NCBI GenBank assembly: GCA_017450965.1
Contig: JAFSSQ010000010.1
Span: 6,424-70,423 of the forward strand
DNA from: Clostridia bacterium
Lineage (GTDB): Bacteria; Bacillota; Clostridia; Oscillospirales; CAG-272
Length of the DNA stretch: 64,000 bases
Direction of reading: 5' to 3'
Shown here: piece after piece, positions 45,037-53,019 of the stretch
Numbering within the stretch: position 1 is the first letter of the stretch
Layout: each line of letters opens with the position of its first letter
Notes under the pieces: model-generated
The model's database searches: none
The model's input: only the letters and a program-made list of their open reading frames with translations
What the model was told of the DNA's origin: nothing
Made by a program: the position numbers and the translations under genes

Positions 45037-47718
45037 TCATTTTTTTGAAACTTCGATCTCCCACACAAACGACTGATAGAGGGTCGCCCGGGAGGTGATG
45101 ACCATCATGTAGCGGCCGCCCTCCCGCGTGTAAACGGAGGAGACGCGCGGCTCGTAGACCGCGCCCATCACGCCGCCCTGCTTGATGATCAGGACCGGAT
45201 CCGACCAGACGCCGTCCAGGGTCTTGGCCGTCCGCATCACGATACTGTTTTTCAGGTCGCCCGCGTAGGCGGTGCAGTAGAGGATGACCCACTCGCCGAG
45301 GTATTCGTTATACATCACGCCGACGCCGCCGACCGCGGCTTCGACCGCCGCGTAGTTGCTCATCATCGCGTCGTACCCGCGCTCGAAGATCCCGTTGCCG
45401 TTTTCGTCCCGCCCGGTCATGTACTCGTAGGCGGAGAAATCCTCGATCTGAGACGCCTTTACGCGCATGATGCGGCAGGCGCCCTTGCGCCCGCCGGGAA
45501 CGCCGAAGACGTAGACCCACTCCCCGTCAAGGACGGGATAGAGCTGGGCAAGCCCGTAGAGGGGGACCTGCGCCACGGGATCGGAAACGTCCGTTCCCGC
45601 CGGCCAGCGCAGATCGGAGGAGATCTCCCAGCTGCGGCCCATATCGGTCGACTTGGCGAGCGCGCCGTAGTTGCAGGGCCAGCAGCCGTTGCGGCCCGTG
45701 GTGCCCCACGCGTTGACCGACATATAGTAGAAATAGAGGGTATCGCCGATCTTCAGCCCGCCCGTCGGGATCTTCGACTCCTCCGTTCCCTTTTTGTGCA
45801 GGGAGGGGAGGAACTCTCCGGCAAAGGGCTTGCTCTGGTAGCTGTCGCCCATGTAAAAGCCGTCGATCCGGATCCCGTCGGTGTAGTCAAAGTCGCTGGT
45901 AAAGGCAAGACTGTTCGCGCGCCAGGTCTTGCCGAGGCCGTCTTCGGAGTTGCTGTCCCCGAACGCCAGCAAAACCGAGTCGCCGCAGTCGATCATATAG
46001 CCGCCGCCCACGCGCGCGATATCGTAGTTCGAGAGGGTGCGGTTGTCTGAGTATTCCCCGGTAAGGAGGGAAACGAAGCGCAGACTTTCGACCCGGTAGA
46101 GGGAATAGGCGGGGTCGTCCAGGGTGCGCGATTTTTCGCTGTAAAGACCGGCGAGCTGCGCCGGGCTGTTTTCCCGCTTTTTCTGCTCGGCGATCAGGGC
46201 GTCGACGTCCGCGATGCGGGTCTTCGCGTCGGGGCCGAGCGCGTCTTTCTCCGCGTCGGTCAGCGGCGTCGTCGCGGAAAGCGTAACGGAGGGCGGATCG
46301 GTATAGCGGATCCCGTTTGCGGTGAGGGCGGGCGCCCGTACGGCAAGGCAGGAGGCGTCGTTTTTCTCGGTGACGGTAAAGGCGCTGCCCGTGAGGGATA
46401 CGGCGCTTCCGAGGAGGAGACGGGCGCCGGGGTTGCCCTTGGCGACGGTCCCGGCGGGGAAGCTCCCGCCCGTGACGCAGAGGACCGTCTTCGCGTAGGT
46501 GGAAACGGTGATCGCGTCGGAGGTTACCTGGCGGACGGCCAGATCCTTTGAGAGGAAGGTGCCGCCGGTGATCTTGAGCGTGACGCTGCCGGTGACCGCG
46601 ACGGGATTGCGGTTCGGGTTGCTCTCGGTGCGGGAGAGGAGGTAGACCGGACCATCAAAGGTCCCGCCGCTGATCTCCATATAGACCGTGCCGGCGACGC
46701 TGTTCATCCCGGAGGCGGAGTTGAAATCCTGTCCCGAGGAGGCAATAAAACGTCCGCCCTTGACATAAACGCAGAAGGAGACGCCCTCGTCGACCGTGCC
46801 GAACGCGGACTTCGCGTCCATCCGGCTGTTGCCGCCGCGCAGATACTGCCAGGTCCCGGATTTCACCGTAACGGCGGCGTCCTTGTGGCAGCCGATCTGG
46901 TAGGCGTTCATATGGAGCGAGGAGGGGGCGTTGTAGCCGCCGAGCAGCGCGATATAAGTCGAAACGCCGCTCGCCCGGGAACACTCAACGTCCGCGCCGA
47001 CCGTAACGTTGTTGTACTGGAAACAGAAGAAGAGGTTGTTCTTTTCGGCGGAGACGGCCAGTCCCTCGAGAAGATAGTCGCCGTAGAAGTTCGCGTCGGC
47101 GGAGAAGGAGAGCTTCGCGCCGCTTGTCTTCCGGTAGTCGATCCCGTCCCGGACCGAGGTCAGGGTAACGGTCGCTTCGTTGGAGGGAAAGTAGTAGGTC
47201 TCGGGGAAGGTAAGCGGGCCGCAGACGACGACCGTGCCGCCCGTTTTTTTGGTTTTGCCGAGGCCGTCGGCAAGGGCGGCGGCGTTCTCGGGCGAGGAGC
47301 CGTCCTTTTTCCCGGCGCCTTTCTCTGTGACGAAGACGACCGGCGCGGCGGGATCCCCGCCCTGCAGCCCTTCGGGCGCTTCGGTCTCCGGCGCCGCCGT
47401 TTCGGGCGCCGCGGTCTCCGCCGATCCGCCCTGAGGGGGGGCGGTCTCCGGCGTTTCGGTCTCTGCGGGCTCCGTTTCCCGGCCGGCCGTCTCCGGCGCG
47501 GCGGTTTCCGTCTCACCGGTCTTTTTCGTTTCCGGCGCGGCGGTCTGCGGGACCTCCGTTTGTTCGGCGGTCCCGGCGGGCAGAGGCGCTTTTCCCGTTT
47601 CCGCCGTTTCTGACGAGACGGGGGAGGACGGCGCGGCGGGCGCGCAGCCGATCGGCAGAAGGGAGCAGAGCAGGACCAAAGCAAGCAAAGAGTGTCCGGT
47701 GCGACTCGTTCGTTTCAC
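45037..47718 (-). CDS. Lipoprotein: beta-solenoid-like domain + DUF4185/GH183-like domain lacking predicted catalytic residues
   Basis: Lipobox PIGC, ETAAP linker, DGSSPENA domain; FGD, WRAN, IPTGG, YYMSV, STDMGRSW. GxDLG replaced by RVGGG and VSE by VGG. Confidence 0.72.
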   Translation of the reverse strand: MKRTSRTGHSLLALVLLCSLLPIGCAPAAPSSPVSSETAETGKAPLPAGTAEQTEVPQTAAPETKKTGETETAAPETAGRETEPAETETPETAPPQGGSAETAAPETAAPETEAPEGLQGGDPAAPVVFVTEKGAGKKDGSSPENAAALADGLGKTKKTGGTVVVCGPLTFPETYYFPSNEATVTLTSVRDGIDYRKTSGAKLSFSADANFYGDYLLEGLAVSAEKNNLFFCFQYNNVTVGADVECSRASGVSTYIALLGGYNAPSSLHMNAYQIGCHKDAAVTVKSGTWQYLRGGNSRMDAKSAFGTVDEGVSFCVYVKGGRFIASSGQDFNSASGMNSVAGTVYMEISGGTFDGPVYLLSRTESNPNRNPVAVTGSVTLKITGGTFLSKDLAVRQVTSDAITVSTYAKTVLCVTGGSFPAGTVAKGNPGARLLLGSAVSLTGSAFTVTEKNDASCLAVRAPALTANGIRYTDPPSVTLSATTPLTDAEKDALGPDAKTRIADVDALIAEQKKRENSPAQLAGLYSEKSRTLDDPAYSLYRVESLRFVSLLTGEYSDNRTLSNYDIARVGGGYMIDCGDSVLLAFGDSNSEDGLGKTWRANSLAFTSDFDYTDGIRIDGFYMGDSYQSKPFAGEFLPSLHKKGTEESKIPTGGLKIGDTLYFYYMSVNAWGTTGRNGCWPCNYGALAKSTDMGRSWEISSDLRWPAGTDVSDPVAQVPLYGLAQLYPVLDGEWVYVFGVPGGRKGACRIMRVKASQIEDFSAYEYMTGRDENGNGIFERGYDAMMSNYAAVEAAVGGVGVMYNEYLGEWVILYCTAYAGDLKNSIVMRTAKTLDGVWSDPVLIIKQGGVMGAVYEPRVSSVYTREGGRYMMVITSRATLYQSFVWEIEVSKK

Positions 47719-47763
47719 GGCGTTCTCCTTTTCAATCCGGATCGGGAAATGCGTTATCCGTTT

Positions 47764-50205
47764 TCAGCCTTTTTTGGAGAGTTCGATTTCCCAGATGATG
47801 GAATTGTAGATATCCCAGCGCGAGGTGATGAGCATCATATAGCGCCCGCCCTCCCGCGTGTAAGCGGAACAGACGCGCGGCTCGTAGACGGCGCCGAAGG
47901 TCGCCTGCGACATAACGAGGACCGCCTCGGACCACTTGCCGTCAAGGGTCTTCGCGGCGCGCATCACGATGCTGTTTTTCAGGCTGCCCGTCTCCGGCGT
48001 GCAGTAGAACATCAGCCATTCGCCGAGGTATTCGTTGTACATCACGCCGACGCCGCCGACGCACTTGTCCACCGCGGCGCAGTTGGTCATCATCGCCTTC
48101 TCGCCGCGCTCGAAGATCGCGTTGCCGTTTTCGTCCCGCCCGGTCATATACTCGTAGGCGGTGAAGTTTTCGATCTGGGACTGTTTCACGCGCATCAGAC
48201 GGCAGTAGCCCCTGCGTCCGCCCGGTACGCCGAAGAAGTAGACGAAATCTCCGCTGAGGACGGGATAGAGCTGCGCAAAGCCCCATTCCGGGATCTCCTC
48301 GACGGGGTCGTCGACGTCGGTCCCCGCCGGCCAGCGCAGGTCGGAGGGCGTTTCCCAGCTGCGGCCGAAGTCGGTCGACTTGGCGATCCCGCCGTAGTTG
48401 CAGGGCCAGCAGCCGTTCCGGTCGGTCTCCCGCCAGCTCGCGACGGACATATAGCAGAAGTAGAGGGTATCGCCGATCTTTATCCCGCCCGTCGGGATCT
48501 TCGACTCTTCGGTCTTGTTCTTCGTGTCGTGCCCCGAAAGGAGGAACTCGCCGGAGAACGGCGCGCTCTGATAGGTATCGCCCATATAGAAGCCGTCCAG
48601 CGTGATCCCGTCGGTGTAGTCCCGATCGGTCGTGAAGGCGAGGGCGTTCGCGCGCCACGGTTTGCCGAGCTCGCCCTCGGGGTTGCAGTCGCCGAACGCG
48701 AGGAGGGTCGTATCGCCGCAATCGATCATATAGCCGCCGCCCGCGCCCGCGATATCGTAGTTGGTGATCGTTTTATTGATCGAATACTCGCCCGTCAGCA
48801 TCGAAACGAACTTCACGCTGCGCAGCGCGTCGAGGGAGTAGAGTTTATCGGGGTCGCGCAGACGCATCGAGGACGCCGGCGTGTTCTGTTCCAGCTTCCG
48901 GACCTTCGCCAGCGCGGCGGCGGTCTCGGAGATCAGGCTCTTTTCCTCTTCCGCGGTGAGGGGGCCGGTTTTCGGCTTCGTCTCGGGGAAGGGAGGCTCG
49001 GTGTAGGAAGGGGCGTTCGCCTTCAGGGTCGGCGCGGCGATCTGATCGGCGCTGCCGGAGAGGGTCTTTGTAAAGGACTTCGCGGTCACGCCCACGCCGT
49101 CGCTGAGGAGGACGCTGCTGCCCGATTCGCCCGTGGCGACCGTTCCCGCCGGGAAGGCGCCGCCGGAGACGCAGAGAACCGTTTCCGCGTGAGAGGAGAG
49201 GGCGGTCTTGTCGGAGGTGGTCTGGCGGACGGCCAGCTCCTTCGAGCGGAAGGTGCCGCCGGTGATCTTCAGCGTGACGCTGCCGGTAACGGACACGGGA
49301 TAGAGCTCCGTGTTGCTCCCGGTGCGGGAGAGGAGATAGACCGGGCCCTCAAAGGTCCCGCCGCTGATCTCCATATAGACCGTACCGGCGACGCTGTTCA
49401 TGCCGGAGGCGGAGTTGAGATCCCGTCCCGAGGCGGCGGAAAAGCTCCCGCCCTGCACGAAGATCGCAAAGGTGACGCCCTCGTCCACGGTGCCGAAGGT
49501 GGACTTCGCCTGGGTGCGGCGGTTGCCGCCGCGCAGGTACTGCCAGGAGCCGCCCTTCACCGTGACGGCGGCGTCCGCATGGCAGCTGACCTGTTCGACG
49601 TTGCGGTAGGCGCTGGAGGGGACGTTGTAGCCGCAGATCAGCGCGATGTCGGTCGAAACGCCGGACGCGCGGGTGCACTCTACGTCCGCGCCGAAGGTCA
49701 CGTTGTTGTACTGGAGGCAGAAGAGCAGGTCGGCTTTCTCGGCGGAGATCGTCAGGCCGTCAAAGAGATAGTCGCCGTAAAAGAAGGCGTTCGAGGAGAA
49801 GGCGAGCTTCGCGCCCGCCGCCGTCCGGTAGTCGACGCCCTCCCAGACGGAGGTCAGGGTAACGGAGGCGCCGTTGGAGGGGAAGAAATAATCTTCGTCA
49901 AAGGAAAGCGGCCCGCAGACGACGACGGTGCCGCCCGCTTTTTTGGTTTTGCCGAGGCCGTCGGCGAGGGTGGCGGCGTTCTCGGGCGAGGTGCCGTCCT
50001 TTTCGCCGGCGCCGTCCTGCGTCACGAAGACGGTCGCCGCTTCCGCGGCAAAATCGTCCTCGGGAAGGGCGGTGGTGCTGTCCTCCGGCGGGACGGACGG
50101 CTTATCGCAGGAGCCGAGCGCCGCGGCGCAGAAAAGGAGCGAAAGGATCATCGAAAGGATCCGGAAAAGCGGAGACGTGCGGGAGGCGTTTTTTGGTTGC
50201 TTCAT
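47764..50205 (-). CDS. Tandem paralog: lipoprotein with beta-solenoid-like + DUF4185/GH183-like domains lacking predicted catalytic residues
   Basis: Lipobox LGSC; colinear with 45037-47718; GAGGG and VGG at the catalytic positions. ATG 50205 with GGAG RBS. Confidence 0.72.
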   Translation of the reverse strand: MKQPKNASRTSPLFRILSMILSLLFCAAALGSCDKPSVPPEDSTTALPEDDFAAEAATVFVTQDGAGEKDGTSPENAATLADGLGKTKKAGGTVVVCGPLSFDEDYFFPSNGASVTLTSVWEGVDYRTAAGAKLAFSSNAFFYGDYLFDGLTISAEKADLLFCLQYNNVTFGADVECTRASGVSTDIALICGYNVPSSAYRNVEQVSCHADAAVTVKGGSWQYLRGGNRRTQAKSTFGTVDEGVTFAIFVQGGSFSAASGRDLNSASGMNSVAGTVYMEISGGTFEGPVYLLSRTGSNTELYPVSVTGSVTLKITGGTFRSKELAVRQTTSDKTALSSHAETVLCVSGGAFPAGTVATGESGSSVLLSDGVGVTAKSFTKTLSGSADQIAAPTLKANAPSYTEPPFPETKPKTGPLTAEEEKSLISETAAALAKVRKLEQNTPASSMRLRDPDKLYSLDALRSVKFVSMLTGEYSINKTITNYDIAGAGGGYMIDCGDTTLLAFGDCNPEGELGKPWRANALAFTTDRDYTDGITLDGFYMGDTYQSAPFSGEFLLSGHDTKNKTEESKIPTGGIKIGDTLYFCYMSVASWRETDRNGCWPCNYGGIAKSTDFGRSWETPSDLRWPAGTDVDDPVEEIPEWGFAQLYPVLSGDFVYFFGVPGGRRGYCRLMRVKQSQIENFTAYEYMTGRDENGNAIFERGEKAMMTNCAAVDKCVGGVGVMYNEYLGEWLMFYCTPETGSLKNSIVMRAAKTLDGKWSEAVLVMSQATFGAVYEPRVCSAYTREGGRYMMLITSRWDIYNSIIWEIELSKKG

Positions 50206-50278
50206 TTTTGGTTTTTCTCCTTGGGTTATTCGCAGAAAGAGCGGATTTTCCCTCTTCATCACTATCTTACCCTATTTC

Positions 50279-50308
50279 ATTATATTTGAGGAGAACGGAA
50301 GTTGTCAA
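50279..50308 (-). promoter_or_regulatory. Consensus SigA promoter for the DUF4185-AraC-mhpFE-GRE run
   Basis: TTGACA-N18-TATAAT on the minus strand. Confidence 0.75.
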
Positions 50309-50313
50309 GATGT

Positions 50314-50326
50314 TTGGCATTTCTTG
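50314..50326. promoter_or_regulatory. Candidate operator TTGGCATWTCWWG (also at 20667-20679 and 29477-29489)
   Basis: Three copies, each in an upstream intergenic region of the catabolic locus. Confidence 0.5.
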
Positions 50327-50445
50327 GTTTTGTTTTCTTTTTTTCTTTGCCTGAGAGCGCCGCGGGGAGAACGCTTCGGATCGCTGCGGCGGAAAAAGCG
50401 GCGTTTTTTTGTTAATAAAAGGGAAAAAACGATACGCCGGGCGGA

Positions 50446-50474
50446 TTGACAAAAGAGGACGCGGGCGATATAAT
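50446..50474 (+). promoter_or_regulatory. Consensus SigA promoter for the partner-switching operon
   Basis: TTGACA-N17-TATAAT. Confidence 0.8.
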
Positions 50475-50550
50475 GGCATTATCATGCGGAAAGATGAACC
50501 GGAGAGCGGCGCCGCGGTTCCGCGGCGCCGACCGGAAAAGGAGAAGCAGT

Positions 50551-52698
50551 ATGCCTGAGAAAAGCATTCGGGATATGAACCGGCTCGAGCGGCAGCATTA
50601 TTCGCTTGCCGCCCGAACCTTCCGCGCCACGGTCATGGGGGCGATCCTCCTGGGGCTCGCGGCGCTCGTGTTCGGGCTCGGACTCTACGCGTACGCGCTG
50701 GGAGAACAGTGCGTCGCGGAAGCGTTCAATCTTTCCCGCACGACGGCGGCTCTGATGGAGCAGACCGTTGACGTCGGTCCCCTTGCCGAGGAGGTCATCA
50801 CGCGCTACCGCGCCCTTCCGGAGGAGCGCCGGCAGGAGATGGGAACAGACGCTTACCGGGCGGCGTTCGCCGATATTACCGAGCGCGAGGATTACCGGTA
50901 CGTGCGCGAGTTTCTTGCCGCCTTCCGGGAGACGAGCGAGGTCTACGATATCTATCTCGCCGCCTACGACCGCGAGAACTGCGCGATCGTCTATATCGCC
51001 GATCCCGAGGAGGACGAGGCGTACGTTTGCCTGCCCGGCGACTGGGAAAGCGTCCCGGAGCGGGAGGTAAACAAGTTCCTTTCCTGGGACGGCAGCGGCC
51101 GTCTCTACGACATCGGCAGCACGGAGAAATACGGCTGGCTCGCGACGAGCGGCGTCCCGATCAAAAACGCCGAGGGCGAGGAGGTCGCGTTCGTTCTCGC
51201 CGACGTTTCGCTGACCAGCATCGCGGGCAGGATGAAGAGCTTTCTCCTCCGGTACGCGATTACGATGTTCGTTCTCGTCAATCTGGTGGCGGTCTTTATG
51301 ACCCGGCACATGAAAAAAACGCTCGTCGCTCCGATCAACCGGATCGCGGAGGCGGCAAAAGAGTATATCCGGGACAAACAGGAAGGGAAGACCGATATCG
51401 ATCACTTCTCCAATCTGAAGATCGCGACGGGCGACGAGGTCGAAAACCTCGCGCTTCTGATGGCGGATATGGAAAAGGGCCTTTCCGACTACGAGGAGAA
51501 TCTCACGAAGATCACCGCAGAAAAGGAGCGCGTCGGCACCGAGCTGGCGCTGGCGACCCGGATCCAGGCGGATATGCTCCCGAACATTTTCCCCGCGTTC
51601 CCCGAGCGTCCCGACTTTGACGTGTACGCCTCGATGACCCCGGCGAAGGAGGTCGGCGGCGACTTCTACGACTTCTTCCTCGTGGACGACGAACACCTGG
51701 CGCTCGTGATGGCGGACGTTTCCGGCAAGGGGGTCCCGGCGGCGCTGTTTATGATGATCTCGAAGATCCTCGTGCAGAATTACGCGATGATGGGCCGCAG
51801 CCCGAAAGAGGTGCTGGAAGCGGTGAACGCGCAGATCTGCGCCAACAACCGCGAGGAAATGTTCGTCACGGTATGGTTCGGCATCCTCGATCTCACGACA
51901 GGCACCCTGACGGCCGCCAACGCCGGCCACGAGTATCCGGTGCTCAAGCAGCCGGACGGCGATTTTGAGCTGATCAAAGACAAGCACGGGTTCGTCATCG
52001 GCGGGATGGAGGGCGCGCGCTACAAGGAGTACGAGCTGAAGCTCGATCCGGGCGCCAAGCTCTTCCTTTATACCGACGGCGTTGCGGAAGCGACCGACAG
52101 CGCGGACGCCCTCTTCGGCACGGCGCGGATGCTGGAAACGCTGCGCGCCGCCCAGAACGAAGAGCCGAAGGAGATCCTCGAGGCCGTCGACCGCGCGGTC
52201 GCCCGCTTCGTCGGCGACGCGCCGCAGTTCGACGATCTGACGATGCTGTGTATGCATTATATCGGAAAGGAGCCCGGGAACATGAAGGATACGAAGGAAA
52301 TGACCGTGGAAGCGACCGTGGAAAACATTACCGCGGTGACCGACTTCGTCAACGCCGAGCTGGAGCGGCTCGACTGCCCGCTCAAGGCGCAGATGCAGAT
52401 CGACGTGGCGATCGACGAGCTCTTCGGCAACATCGCGCAGTACGCCTACCATCCCGAAACGGGATCGGCGACCGTGCGGGTCGAGGTGGAAAAAGAGCCG
52501 CTCGCCGTGGTGATCTCCTTTATCGACAACGGCAAGCCCTACGATCCGCTCGCGGCAGACGATCCCGACGTTACCCTTTCCGCGGAGGAGCGGAAGGCGG
52601 GCGGGCTCGGCGTCTTCCTCGTCAAGAAGACGATGGACGCCGTGAGCTATGAGTATAAAGACGGAAAAAACATTCTGAAGATCAAGAAAAACATCTGA
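50551..52698 (+). CDS. Membrane sensor-HAMP-SpoIIE/RsbU PP2C phosphatase fused to a C-terminal RsbW-like HATPase
   Basis: Two TMs, HAMP, EVGGDFYD, ADVSGKG, NAGH, YTDG, DDLT; then DELFGNIAQYAY, DNGKPYDP, GGLG. Confidence 0.9.
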   Translation: MPEKSIRDMNRLERQHYSLAARTFRATVMGAILLGLAALVFGLGLYAYALGEQCVAEAFNLSRTTAALMEQTVDVGPLAEEVITRYRALPEERRQEMGTDAYRAAFADITEREDYRYVREFLAAFRETSEVYDIYLAAYDRENCAIVYIADPEEDEAYVCLPGDWESVPEREVNKFLSWDGSGRLYDIGSTEKYGWLATSGVPIKNAEGEEVAFVLADVSLTSIAGRMKSFLLRYAITMFVLVNLVAVFMTRHMKKTLVAPINRIAEAAKEYIRDKQEGKTDIDHFSNLKIATGDEVENLALLMADMEKGLSDYEENLTKITAEKERVGTELALATRIQADMLPNIFPAFPERPDFDVYASMTPAKEVGGDFYDFFLVDDEHLALVMADVSGKGVPAALFMMISKILVQNYAMMGRSPKEVLEAVNAQICANNREEMFVTVWFGILDLTTGTLTAANAGHEYPVLKQPDGDFELIKDKHGFVIGGMEGARYKEYELKLDPGAKLFLYTDGVAEATDSADALFGTARMLETLRAAQNEEPKEILEAVDRAVARFVGDAPQFDDLTMLCMHYIGKEPGNMKDTKEMTVEATVENITAVTDFVNAELERLDCPLKAQMQIDVAIDELFGNIAQYAYHPETGSATVRVEVEKEPLAVVISFIDNGKPYDPLAADDPDVTLSAEERKAGGLGVFLVKKTMDAVSYEYKDGKNILKIKKNI

Positions 52699-52710
52699 AA
52701 GAGGTAGGAT

Positions 52711-53007
52711 ATGACGATCGAAAAAACCAAAACCGGAACGGCCCTTACCCTTGCCCCGGAAGGCCGCCTGGATACCGTGACGGCGCCGGAGTTCGAGGCG
52801 GCGATCGCGGAGAACGCGGAGGGCGTGACGGAGCTTTCCCTCGACTTTGCAAAACTTGACTACATCTCCTCGGCGGGACTCCGCGTGCTTCTTTCCGCGC
52901 AGAAACGGATGAACGCCGTCGGGAAGATGACCGTGAAAAACGTGAACGAAACGATCGCCGAGATCTTTGAGATCACCGGCTTTTCCGACATTCTTACGAT
53001 CGGGTAA
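52711..53007 (+). CDS. STAS anti-anti-sigma factor (RsbV/SpoIIAA-like)
   Basis: GRLDT, LDYISSAGLRVL, IFEITGF. Confidence 0.93.
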   Translation: MTIEKTKTGTALTLAPEGRLDTVTAPEFEAAIAENAEGVTELSLDFAKLDYISSAGLRVLLSAQKRMNAVGKMTVKNVNETIAEIFEITGFSDILTIG

Positions 53008-53019
53008 ACGGGCGGCGCG

